Shown here: in pieces, positions 35,801 through 44,836 of the stretch | How the letters are laid out: every line of letters begins with the position of its first letter | Position numbering within the stretch: position 1 is the stretch's first letter | Source: an uncultured Eubacteriales bacterium | GTDB lineage: Bacteria > Bacillota > Clostridia > Oscillospirales > Oscillospiraceae | Length of the DNA stretch: 64,000 bases | NCBI GenBank assembly: GCA_900316205.1 | Contig: ONBX01000001.1 | Coordinates: forward strand, 83,373 to 147,372 | Reading direction: 5' to 3' | The notes under the pieces: generated by a model | Told to the model about the DNA's origin: nothing | The model's database searches: none | What the model saw: the letters and a program-made list of their open reading frames with translations, nothing else | Translations under genes and position numbers: made by a program

Positions 35801-36943
35801 ATGGTACGATCCATTTCTATTTTGGGCTGCACCGGTTCCATCGGGCGGCAGACGGCGGCGGTGGTGCAGCATCTGGGCATCCGGGTGGCGGCGCTGACGG
35901 CCAATCGGAAGATCGATCTGCTGGAGCAGCAGGCAAGGCTCTTCCATCCGTCTTTTGTGGCGGTATATGACGAGGCTGCTGCTAAGGCCTTCAAGATCGC
36001 CGTGGCCGACATGGGCATCCGGGTGGGCAGCGGCATGGAAGGCCTCATCGAGGCGGCGACCCTGGATGAGAGCGACTGCGTGGTGACGGCGGTGTCCGGC
36101 GCGGTGGGCCTGAAGCCGACCCTGGCCGCCATCGACGCGAAAAAGCGCATCGCCCTGGCCAACAAGGAGACCCTGGTCTGTGCCGGCGAGATCGTGATGG
36201 CCCGGTCCAAGGAGACCAACGCCGAGATCGTGCCGGTGGACTCGGAGCATTCCGCCATCTTCCAGTGCCTGATGGGCAGGGGAGAGGGCGAGCTTCACAA
36301 GATCCTGCTGACCGGTTCCGGCGGCCCCTTCCGGGGCAGACGCCGGGAGGAGCTGGAGGGCATCACCCCCGAGGAGGCCGTGCGCCATCCCAACTGGAGC
36401 ATGGGCGCCAAGATCTCGGTGGACAGCTCGACGCTTATGAACAAGGGCCTGGAATTCGTGGAGGCCATGCATCTCTTTGGCGTGCGGCCCGAGGATATCC
36501 AGGCGGTGATCCATCCCCAGAGCGTGATCCACTCCATGGTGGAGCTGGTGGATGGCACGGTGATCGCCCAGCTGGGCGTGCCGGATATGGGCCTGCCCAT
36601 TCAGCTGGCTCTGACCTATCCGGAGCGGAAAGCATCCATGTTTGAGCATCTGGATTTCTGGAAGCTGCGGGATCTGAGCTTCGAGGAGCCGGACCTGGAG
36701 AACTTCCCCTGCCTGCGTCTAGCCATGGACTGCGCCAGGCGCGGCGGCACGGCCCCCTGTGTGATGAGCGCGGCAAACGAGGTGGCGGTGCACAAGTTCC
36801 TGCGCCACGAGCTGGGTTACAACCGCATCTATGACGCGGCGGCAGAGGCTGTGGAGCAGGTGGGTGTTGTCCCCGCAACGGATTTGGACACCATTCTGGC
36901 GGCGGACGAAGCGGCCCGCGTATTTGTGAAAGAGCATTTCTAA
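35801..36943 (+). CDS. dxr: 1-deoxy-D-xylulose 5-phosphate reductoisomerase
   Basis: ISILGCTGSIGRQT, LANKETLV, DSEHSAIFQC, NKGLEFVEA. Confidence 0.95.
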   Translation: MVRSISILGCTGSIGRQTAAVVQHLGIRVAALTANRKIDLLEQQARLFHPSFVAVYDEAAAKAFKIAVADMGIRVGSGMEGLIEAATLDESDCVVTAVSGAVGLKPTLAAIDAKKRIALANKETLVCAGEIVMARSKETNAEIVPVDSEHSAIFQCLMGRGEGELHKILLTGSGGPFRGRRREELEGITPEEAVRHPNWSMGAKISVDSSTLMNKGLEFVEAMHLFGVRPEDIQAVIHPQSVIHSMVELVDGTVIAQLGVPDMGLPIQLALTYPERKASMFEHLDFWKLRDLSFEEPDLENFPCLRLAMDCARRGGTAPCVMSAANEVAVHKFLRHELGYNRIYDAAAEAVEQVGVVPATDLDTILAADEAARVFVKEHF

Positions 36944-36958
36944 ATTGGAGAACCCCTT

Positions 36959-38023
36959 ATGACGATCGTTTATATTCTCATTGGCATTTTGGTTTTCGGC
37001 ATCCTGATCGCAAGCCACGAGTTTGGCCATTTCATCACGGCTAAGGCCTGCGGCGTGCGGGTGGAGGAATTCTCCGTGGGCATGGGCCCCGCGATCTGGA
37101 AAAAGCAGAAGGGCGAGACGCTTTATGCGCTGCGCTGCATCCCCATCGGCGGCTACTGCGCCATGACGGGGGAGGACAGCGCCTCGGAGGATCCCAGGGC
37201 CTTTACCAATCAGAAGCCATGGAAGCGGATCCTGATCCTCTGCGCCGGGGCGGCCATGCATTTCCTCTTCGGGCTGCTTGTGATCTTCTTCATCTATATC
37301 AGTGCCCAGGGCTTCTATGTGCCGGTGCTCAACGGTTTCATGGAGGGCTGCCCCTACGAGGCGGCTGACGGGCTGCAGGCGGGGGATCAGTTCTGGAGCA
37401 TCGACGGGCACCGGATCTACAACACCCAGGACGTGGGCACCTTCCTGAGCCGGGGCGGCGATACCTACGATATCGTTATGATCCGGAACGGGGAGAAGGT
37501 GAAGCTGGAGGATTACTACATGGTGCCGCGGGTCTATGACGATCCGGAGCACGAGTACTTCGGCTTTTATCTGGGCAACGGCGTGGAACGGGCCACCTTC
37601 GGCAAAAAGCTGCAGCACACCTGGGACACCACCATGAACTTTACCCGGACGGTGTGGATGAGCCTGGGCGATCTGATCCACGGGAAGGTGGCGGCGAAGG
37701 AACTGGCCGGCCCGGTGGGCATCGTGGAATACATGGCGGAGACCGGCGAACAGGCGGAGAGCTTCGGCGAGGCGCTGGAGAATATCATGATCCTGGCGGC
37801 GCTCATCGCCATCAACCTTGCCATCATGAACATGCTGCCCATTCCGGCGCTGGACGGCGGACGGGTGTTCCTGCTGCTGGTGACGGTGGTCATCGAGGCC
37901 ATCACCCGCAAGAAGCTGGACCCCAAATACGAGGGATATATCCACGCGGCGGGCATGGTGCTGCTGCTGGGCCTGATGGCCTTTGTGCTCTTCAACGATA
38001 TCTTCCGTATCGTGACGAAGTAG
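36959..38023 (+). CDS. rseP: RIP metalloprotease (site-2 protease, M50) RseP/RasP type
   Basis: HEFGHF, a PDZ-like middle region, NMLPIPALDGG. Confidence 0.92.
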   Translation: MTIVYILIGILVFGILIASHEFGHFITAKACGVRVEEFSVGMGPAIWKKQKGETLYALRCIPIGGYCAMTGEDSASEDPRAFTNQKPWKRILILCAGAAMHFLFGLLVIFFIYISAQGFYVPVLNGFMEGCPYEAADGLQAGDQFWSIDGHRIYNTQDVGTFLSRGGDTYDIVMIRNGEKVKLEDYYMVPRVYDDPEHEYFGFYLGNGVERATFGKKLQHTWDTTMNFTRTVWMSLGDLIHGKVAAKELAGPVGIVEYMAETGEQAESFGEALENIMILAALIAINLAIMNMLPIPALDGGRVFLLLVTVVIEAITRKKLDPKYEGYIHAAGMVLLLGLMAFVLFNDIFRIVTK

Positions 38024-38041
38024 AATCGAACAGAGATCGCT

Positions 38042-38078
38042 TTGGGCGGGACCGCACGGATCGTGCGGTCCCGCCCAA
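38042..38078 (+). terminator. Perfect 17-bp hairpin after rseP
   Basis: ttgggcgggaccgcacg-gat-cgtgcggtcccgcccaa. No clear T tract. Confidence 0.55.
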
Positions 38079-38301
38079 TCGCTGTTGATGGGTGCGTTGG
38101 ATCCCACTGCCAGGAGCGTTACCGGCCAGGGATCGACGCTCCCATATTTTTTGTAAAATTATGAAAGTCGTGAAACCTTTTGGGGCCCTCATCCGTTATA
38201 CAAACAGAACAAGATTTTCAAGCCCCTCCGGAATAAGGCTGGATCCTGCGCGAAGGTAACGGGGAGAAGGAAGAAAAACAGAAGAGCCGGGACTTGCTCC
38301 C

Positions 38302-38330
38302 TTGACGCATGGGGTTTTGCAGTTTACAAT
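38302..38330 (+). promoter_or_regulatory. Sigma-A-like promoter for the dockerin-protein genes
   Basis: TTGACG (38302-38307), 17-nt spacer, TACAAT (38325-38330). Confidence 0.6.
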
Positions 38331-38372
38331 TTAAGCGTGAACACTCTGTAATCTGCAAGCGAGGTGCGCAAG

Positions 38373-40358
38373 ATGAAACTGCTGCCAAAACGGATCCTGA
38401 CCATAGCCCTTGCGGGGCTGATGCTGCTCTCCCTGCTGCCGGTGACGGCGCTGGCGGAAGAAGAGGGGAGCATCGCACCGGTATGGGACGGGGAAAACAC
38501 CGGGGAGATCCGGCCGGTGGAGGAGACGGAGCGGGACGAGGAAGTTCTCTGTACCCTGCGCATTGTCTGCCACCCGGAGGACACCCGTGTTCGGATCCAG
38601 GATCCTACGCGACTGGACGAGAACGGCGAATTCGCGGTGATCGAGCCGGAGGAGGACGGCAGTTGGCTTCTGGAGCAGGGCGAATACTATTTCAGTGCCT
38701 GGCGCAAGGGCTATGAACCGGCGGAGCTGGTGTCCTTCTTTATCGACGGGCAAACAGAAAAAACCATCGACCTGACCTTGCGCCCCATCGAACCGCTGCC
38801 CGGGAGCAGCGGTGATGAGACCCTGTATGCGCCTGCTTTCCCTCTGCCGGTCATGACCGGTGATCAGGCTCTTGATACTGCCAGCGTGGCCAAGTCCCAG
38901 CTGGGCTATACCTATTCCGATGGAACGGTTTATGGCGCCTGGTGGACGGAGGTCACATCCTGGGGCTGGGACTACACCCGGGATGACTGGTGCGCCATGT
39001 TTGCCTGCTGGTGCTCCACCCAGGCCGGTATGGGACTGGACAAGGCCTACAGCAAGTACGGCGCCAACGCCAACTACCTGATGGAGTGGCAGGTGGAGCA
39101 CTGCAGCAGCGACAAGACCTTTACCACGGCTCCCAGGGCCGGAGACTTCCTGTTTTTTGGCGGAAGCGACGGCAGAGCGGGGCATGTTGGCATTGTGACC
39201 GAGTACAACGAGAGCAGCCGGCGGGTGAGCTTCGTGGGCGGAAACCAGGGAGGCTCTCCCTCCAGGGTCAGCGAGGGAACAGTTCTCTGGGGGAATGATT
39301 CCTATTGGGGCTATCAGGTGGTGCTGGGCTACGGCAGACCGTACTACAGCGCCGGCGGGGAAGCGGTAAAAGCCGGTCTGGATTCGGCCTCCGGCGGCGC
39401 GGGCAGTGTCAGCGTGTCCGGCTGGGCCTATGACCCGGACGAACCTGCGAGCCCCGTTTGGATCCACGTCTATGTGGGCGGACCTGCGGGCTCTGGCGCC
39501 CGGCGTTATGATTTTGAGGCCAAGGCCTACCGGGAGGACGTGGAAACCAGGTTCCCGGGCGCAGGCCTGTATCACGGCTTCAACAAGACCTTCAGCGTTG
39601 CCGAGCGGGGGACCCAGACGCTTTATTTCTACGCCAACGACCTGGGGCCTGTGCAGCAGGAGGTCCTCTTTGCCCAGGCCCAGGTGAACATCAGCGATCC
39701 CTTGCTGAGGTTCTATACCGTGAGCTATGACGCAAACGGCGGCGAGGGCGCGCCGGAGGAACAGATAAAGACCCACGACGTGCTGCTGACGCTGAGCAGC
39801 GAACTGCCCACCCGGGCGGACGAGAGCGAGAGCATCACCGTGACCCTGGACCCTCAGGGGGGCAGTGTGAACAGCACCAGCCTCTGCGCGGCAAAAATCA
39901 CACAGTATGCCTTTCGGGAATGGAACACGGCGGCCAACGGCCGCGGCGTGCCCTATTTCCCCGGCGCGGCCTATGTGACAAACGCGGACGTTATCCTCTA
40001 CGCCCAGTGGAGCAGCACGACCGAGACGGAGGAAGTGAGCCTGCCCACGCCTCTTCGAAGCGGCTATCGTTTCCTCGGCTGGGCCACAGAGCAGAACGCG
40101 GCCTCCGGCGTCACCGGCAGCTTTACCCCCGAGGAGGACGTGACGCTCTATGCCATCTGGGCGGAGGACCCGGATTATCTGCCCGGCGACGCCAACGGCG
40201 ATAAAAACGTGGACCTTTTGGACCTGGTGCGGCTGCGCAAGAGCCTGGCGGGAGACCAGGCGGAACTGAACACATCCTGCGCGGACCTGAACAGGGACGG
40301 ACAGGTGGACGGACTTGACCTGTTGGAGCTGCGTCGGCTTCTGGCGGGGACAGCCTGA
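38373..40358 (+). CDS. Secreted CHAP-domain peptidoglycan hydrolase with Listeria-Bacteroides-type repeats and C-terminal type-I dockerin
   Basis: Signal peptide. CHAP Cys/His pair (DDWCAMFACWCS ... GDFLFFGGSDGRAGHVGIV). Repeats YTVSYDANGGEGAP / FREWNTAANG / GYRFLGWAT. Dockerin loops DANGDKNVDLLD and DLNRDGQVDGLD. Confidence 0.8.
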   Translation: MKLLPKRILTIALAGLMLLSLLPVTALAEEEGSIAPVWDGENTGEIRPVEETERDEEVLCTLRIVCHPEDTRVRIQDPTRLDENGEFAVIEPEEDGSWLLEQGEYYFSAWRKGYEPAELVSFFIDGQTEKTIDLTLRPIEPLPGSSGDETLYAPAFPLPVMTGDQALDTASVAKSQLGYTYSDGTVYGAWWTEVTSWGWDYTRDDWCAMFACWCSTQAGMGLDKAYSKYGANANYLMEWQVEHCSSDKTFTTAPRAGDFLFFGGSDGRAGHVGIVTEYNESSRRVSFVGGNQGGSPSRVSEGTVLWGNDSYWGYQVVLGYGRPYYSAGGEAVKAGLDSASGGAGSVSVSGWAYDPDEPASPVWIHVYVGGPAGSGARRYDFEAKAYREDVETRFPGAGLYHGFNKTFSVAERGTQTLYFYANDLGPVQQEVLFAQAQVNISDPLLRFYTVSYDANGGEGAPEEQIKTHDVLLTLSSELPTRADESESITVTLDPQGGSVNSTSLCAAKITQYAFREWNTAANGRGVPYFPGAAYVTNADVILYAQWSSTTETEEVSLPTPLRSGYRFLGWATEQNAASGVTGSFTPEEDVTLYAIWAEDPDYLPGDANGDKNVDLLDLVRLRKSLAGDQAELNTSCADLNRDGQVDGLDLLELRRLLAGTA

Positions 40359-40426
40359 TACCGTGAAAAGAAGCTGTGCTTTCCGGCAAAAGAAAAGCGC
40401 GGCATCAGGAATCGGAGGTGTTTCCA

Positions 40427-43396
40427 ATGAAGCATGGAAGAAAACAATGGCTTGCCCTGGCGCTGACAGTGCTGCTTGGCCTCGGCTTGCTGCCCACTGC
40501 GGCGCTGGCGGAGGAGCCGGAGGGGAGCATTTCTCCCGTGGTGGAGGATGAGGGACGCATCGGCGAGACCGAGGATGTGATCCCGATCATCGATTCCGGC
40601 CAATGCGGCGACAGTTTGAACTGGCGGCTCACCGAAAACGGCGCTCTGGTCATCTTCGGCAGCGGGAACATGTGGGACTATACGGTGCAGAACGCCCCCA
40701 AGTGGATGAGCGACTATGCCAAACAGATCACCCGGATCGTGGTGATGGAGGGCGTCAGAAGCATCGGAGAAAAGGCCTTTTTTACCGGACCCTATCAAAT
40801 CAGACCCGAGGAGATCCTTTTGCCCCAGAGCCTGAAAAAGATCGGAAACTTCGCTTTTACCCTTTCCGTTTATGGAAACCTCACACTGCCTGACGGACTG
40901 CAGGAGATCGGGGAGGACGCTTTTGAAGCCTGCCGGATCACCGGCGAACTGCGGATCCCCGGGACGGTACAGCGGATCGGAAGCTTTGCATTTCTGGACT
41001 GCGATGAGCTGGAGAGCCTGGTCCTGGCGGAAGGCGTAAAAGAGATCGGAAGTCAAGCCTTTGCCCGCTGCGGCAGCCTCAAGGAGGTGCGCATCCCCGC
41101 AAGCGTTACGTCCATCGGTTACCGGGCCTTCGGCGTCGGTCTCGATTCCCTGACGGATGTCTACTACGGAGGCAGCCTTGCGGATTGGAAACAAATCGCA
41201 GCCGATGAAGCAGTGATGCCTTCTGCCAGGGTGCACTGTGCAGACGGGGACATTGTGCCCCATACGGCGGACCACTGCGGAGATGATCTGATTTGGAGCC
41301 TGGACGAAAACGGCGTGCTTCTTATCAGCGGCTCCGGAGACATGTGGGACTATGATGTTGAGAATCCGCCCTGGTGGGAAGAGCTGGCGCAGATCCGGGA
41401 ACTGCAGATTCTGCCCGGCGTCTCCGGGATCGGAACCCATGCCTTTAGCGGCTGCAGCGATCTGGAGCGGGTAAGCATCCCGGAGGGCGTCACCAGGATC
41501 GGACAAAACGCATTTAGTGGATGTAAGGCGCTGCAGGAGATCGATCTTCCGGTGAGCCTTCGGACCATCGAGGAGTGTGCGTTTATCGGTAGCGGCCTGG
41601 TAAACGTCAGGATCCCGGAGGGCGTTGCCAGATTGGACCGTGCAGCGTTTTATGATTGCAAAAACCTGAAGTCTGTGTATGTACCGGGGAGTATTGACTG
41701 CGTTGGCGAATCAGCGTTCACAGGTTGTGAGGCGCTTGTGAGTGTCAGCCTGGGAGAGGGCGTGTGTGTCCTGGAGGAGCATACCTTCTTCCGGTGCCGC
41801 AGCTTGAAAGAAGTCCGATTTCCCTCATCGGTCACGGAAATCGGGAACTGGGCGTTTTGCCATTGCACCGACTTGACCCGGATCCATTTTGACGGACAAG
41901 CTCCCAGCGTTGAACAGGATGCCTTTCTGAATGTTGTAGCCACGGCATGGTACCCGGCGGAAGATCCCAGCTGGACCGAAGAAATCCGCCAGAGCTATGG
42001 TGACACGATCAGCTGGACCCCCTACGATGCGGCAATCTCCGATTCATGCGGAGAGAATCTGCGCTGGATCCTGGAAGAAGACGGTACGCTGAGCCTGTTC
42101 GGCACCGGAGCAATGTGGGACAGTTCGCCCTGGCAGGAATATGCAGAGCGGATCCTGCGCGTGAACTTGCCCGAGGGACTCACCGCCATTGGCAATCGTG
42201 CCTTTTCGGGCTGCACCGCGCTCACAGGAGTGAGGATTCCGGCCAGCCTGCAGCAGGTCGGAGAAAATGCGTTCTCCGGCTGCACAGCGATGGAAAGAGT
42301 GGATTACGGCAGCTCGCAGGAGGACTGGACCGACATCCGGATCGGAAGCGGCAACGAGCCTCTGGAAGAGGCCACGCTGTACTACTCTGCCTCCGGTACC
42401 TGCGGCGATGCGATGACCTGGGAACTCTCCGAGGGGATCCTGGAGCTTCGCGGCAGAGCAGAGATGTGGAACTTAAGTGCTGAAGCCCGTCCCGGCTGGT
42501 ACGAAGCTCGTTCGATCATCGACTGTATCGTGATCGAAGAGGGCATCAGAATGATTGGAGAGTATGCCTTTTGCAACCTTGCAGTGAAGCGAGTAGAAAT
42601 GCCGTGGACTGTGACGCATATCGGGAGTTATGCGTTCTTTGGCACAAAACTGACAGAGATCGTGTTTCCACAAACGGCATTCTACATTGGGGATTATGCT
42701 TTTGGAAATTGCAGCGAACTGCGCGGCGTCACAGTGCCGAATTGCTATGTCAGAATCAGCCCCTATGTCTTCTCCGGCTGCGAAGCTTTGACGGATATTA
42801 CTGTGGATGAGGGCAACGCAAATTACCAGTCTGCGGACGGCGTGCTGTTCAACAAAGGCGCAACAAGCCTGGTGCTCTATCCCGCGGGAAAGACCCAGAG
42901 CTCCTACAGCATCCCGGCGGGGGTGGCGGGCATCGCCATCGGGGCCTTCGATGGCTGCAGGGCCCTGGAGAGCCTGACGATCCCGGAGGGGGTGACAAGC
43001 ATCGGCAGCAATGCGTTCAGAAACTGCACCGGCCTTGTCAGCGTGACGATCCCTGCAAGCCTGGAGACAAACGGGAGCCTTTCCTTTGTGCAGTGCGAGG
43101 CGCTGACCGATCTCTACTACGGCGACACCGTGGAGGCCTGGCAGACCCTGAGCATCGAATATCCGCCTCACCGGGTCACCGTTCACTGCACCGACGGGGT
43201 GTTCCTTTCCCCGGTCACCGGTGACCTGAACGGAGATGGGGCGCTGAACGGGCTGGACCTGCTGCAGCTGCGCAAATACCTGGTGGGAGTGCAGCCAACT
43301 GCCGATCCGATGGCCTCCGACCTGAACGGGGACGGTACCGTCACGATCCTGGACCTGGTGCGGCTGCGGAAGCTGCTGGCAGGCTTGGCAGATTAA
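40427..43396 (+). CDS. Secreted BspA-type leucine-rich-repeat protein with C-terminal type-I dockerin
   Basis: Signal peptide MKHGRKQWLALALTVLLGLGLLPTAALA. Many repeats of the form IPEGVTxIGxxAFxxCxxL. Dockerin loops DLNGDGALNGLD and DLNGDGTVTILD. ATG 40427 lies 6 nt after GGAGGTG. Confidence 0.8.
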   Translation: MKHGRKQWLALALTVLLGLGLLPTAALAEEPEGSISPVVEDEGRIGETEDVIPIIDSGQCGDSLNWRLTENGALVIFGSGNMWDYTVQNAPKWMSDYAKQITRIVVMEGVRSIGEKAFFTGPYQIRPEEILLPQSLKKIGNFAFTLSVYGNLTLPDGLQEIGEDAFEACRITGELRIPGTVQRIGSFAFLDCDELESLVLAEGVKEIGSQAFARCGSLKEVRIPASVTSIGYRAFGVGLDSLTDVYYGGSLADWKQIAADEAVMPSARVHCADGDIVPHTADHCGDDLIWSLDENGVLLISGSGDMWDYDVENPPWWEELAQIRELQILPGVSGIGTHAFSGCSDLERVSIPEGVTRIGQNAFSGCKALQEIDLPVSLRTIEECAFIGSGLVNVRIPEGVARLDRAAFYDCKNLKSVYVPGSIDCVGESAFTGCEALVSVSLGEGVCVLEEHTFFRCRSLKEVRFPSSVTEIGNWAFCHCTDLTRIHFDGQAPSVEQDAFLNVVATAWYPAEDPSWTEEIRQSYGDTISWTPYDAAISDSCGENLRWILEEDGTLSLFGTGAMWDSSPWQEYAERILRVNLPEGLTAIGNRAFSGCTALTGVRIPASLQQVGENAFSGCTAMERVDYGSSQEDWTDIRIGSGNEPLEEATLYYSASGTCGDAMTWELSEGILELRGRAEMWNLSAEARPGWYEARSIIDCIVIEEGIRMIGEYAFCNLAVKRVEMPWTVTHIGSYAFFGTKLTEIVFPQTAFYIGDYAFGNCSELRGVTVPNCYVRISPYVFSGCEALTDITVDEGNANYQSADGVLFNKGATSLVLYPAGKTQSSYSIPAGVAGIAIGAFDGCRALESLTIPEGVTSIGSNAFRNCTGLVSVTIPASLETNGSLSFVQCEALTDLYYGDTVEAWQTLSIEYPPHRVTVHCTDGVFLSPVTGDLNGDGALNGLDLLQLRKYLVGVQPTADPMASDLNGDGTVTILDLVRLRKLLAGLAD

Positions 43397-43413
43397 TTCA
43401 CAGGAAAAACATC

Positions 43414-43453
43414 AAAAAGCATCCCTGCGGTGGACGCCGCAGGGATGCTTTTT
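43414..43453 (+). terminator. Rho-independent terminator
   Basis: Stem aaaaagcatccctgcgg / ccgcagggatgcttttt. Confidence 0.8.
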
Positions 43454-43550
43454 GATGGTGCTTGTCATTTGTGGGCAGGTGGAGTACAATATGGCCATCA
43501 ATCAAACCCGGCTTCTGCTTATTTCACTTGCCGGGGCAAGGAGGATGTTC

Positions 43551-44786
43551 ATGAAGATCACACCGGAGATTTTGCAGAGCTACGCAAGGCTCATCGCCCG
43601 CTCGGGGGCCAACGTCCAGCCGGGACAGGTGGTGCAGCTGAGCGTTGCCGTGGATCAGGCGGCTTTCGCCGTGCTGCTGGCGGAGGAGTGCTACAAGGCT
43701 GGGGCCAAAAAGGTCAACGTGGAATGGCAGAGCGACGGGATCTCCCGGCTGCACTACCTCTATGCGGACCAGGAGACCCTGGGCACCGTGCTTCCCTGGG
43801 AGGAGGCCAAGGCCAAACAGATGGTGGAGGATCTGCCCTGCCGCATCTTTATCGCCTCCGAGGACCCGGATGCCTTGGCGGGGATCTCTCCGGACAAGCT
43901 CTCCTATGTGGGGCGGAGCCGGGCAAAAGTGCTCAAGCCTTACCGCAACGCCATCGACGGCAAGCATCAATGGACCATTGCGGCCTACCCCTCGGAAAAG
44001 TGGGCGAAGAAGTGCTTCCCGGAGGATGACGCCGAAACGGCGGTGCAGAAGCTCTGGGACGCGGTGCTGAAAACCGTGCGCATCGACGGGGAGCATGACC
44101 CGGTGGCGGCCTGGCAGGCCCACTCGGACTTCATCACAGCCAAGGCGGCCTGGCTGAACGAGCAGGGCTTCCGCTATCTGCGGTATCGCAGCGCCAACGG
44201 CACGGATTTTACCGTAGAGCTGATTCCTGACGCCCGCTGGGAGGGGGCCGGCGCTGTGAATCAGCGCAACGGCGCAAGCTACATCCCCAACATGCCCACG
44301 GAGGAGATCTTTACCTCGCCTCTCGCGGGCAGCTGCGAGGGAACCCTGGTGAGCACCAAGCCCCTGAGCTGGAACAGCCAGCTGATCGAGGACTTCTCCA
44401 TCACCTTTACCGGTGGCAAAGCTGTCTCCTGCAAGGCGGAGCGGGGCCAGGAGCTGCTGGAGAAGATGATCGCCATGGATGAAAACGCCTGCATGCTGGG
44501 CGAGGTGGCCCTGGTGCCCAAGGAGAGCCCGGTGAACCAGTGCGGCTTCCTGTTCTACGAGACCCTGTTTGACGAAAACGCCTGCTGCCATGTGGCCTTG
44601 GGCGCGGGCTTCAAGGAGGTCCTGCCCGACGGGGACGATCTGAGCACGGAAGAGGCCAGAGCGCGGGGCATCAACGATTCCATCATCCATGTGGACTTCA
44701 TGGTGGGCAGCGACGACCTGGCCATCGATGGGGTCCGTGCGGACGGGACAAGCGTTCCTGTTTTCCGCGATGGCACATGGGCCTGA
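43551..44786 (+). CDS. Aminopeptidase, M29 (AmpS/PepS) family
   Basis: LQSYARLIARSGANVQPGQ..., EECYKAGAKKVNVEW, HVALG near the C-terminus. ATG 43551 lies 6 nt after AAGGAGG. Confidence 0.8.
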   Translation: MKITPEILQSYARLIARSGANVQPGQVVQLSVAVDQAAFAVLLAEECYKAGAKKVNVEWQSDGISRLHYLYADQETLGTVLPWEEAKAKQMVEDLPCRIFIASEDPDALAGISPDKLSYVGRSRAKVLKPYRNAIDGKHQWTIAAYPSEKWAKKCFPEDDAETAVQKLWDAVLKTVRIDGEHDPVAAWQAHSDFITAKAAWLNEQGFRYLRYRSANGTDFTVELIPDARWEGAGAVNQRNGASYIPNMPTEEIFTSPLAGSCEGTLVSTKPLSWNSQLIEDFSITFTGGKAVSCKAERGQELLEKMIAMDENACMLGEVALVPKESPVNQCGFLFYETLFDENACCHVALGAGFKEVLPDGDDLSTEEARARGINDSIIHVDFMVGSDDLAIDGVRADGTSVPVFRDGTWA

Positions 44787-44797
44787 CCATTCAACAT

Positions 44798-44835
44798 AAA
44801 AGCACCCGGAAAAATGCTTTCCGGGTGCTTTTTTG
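44798..44835. terminator. Bidirectional terminator between convergent genes
   Basis: aaaagcacccggaaa / tttccgggtgctttt, with A and T tracts on both sides. Confidence 0.8.
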
Positions 44836-44836
44836 A

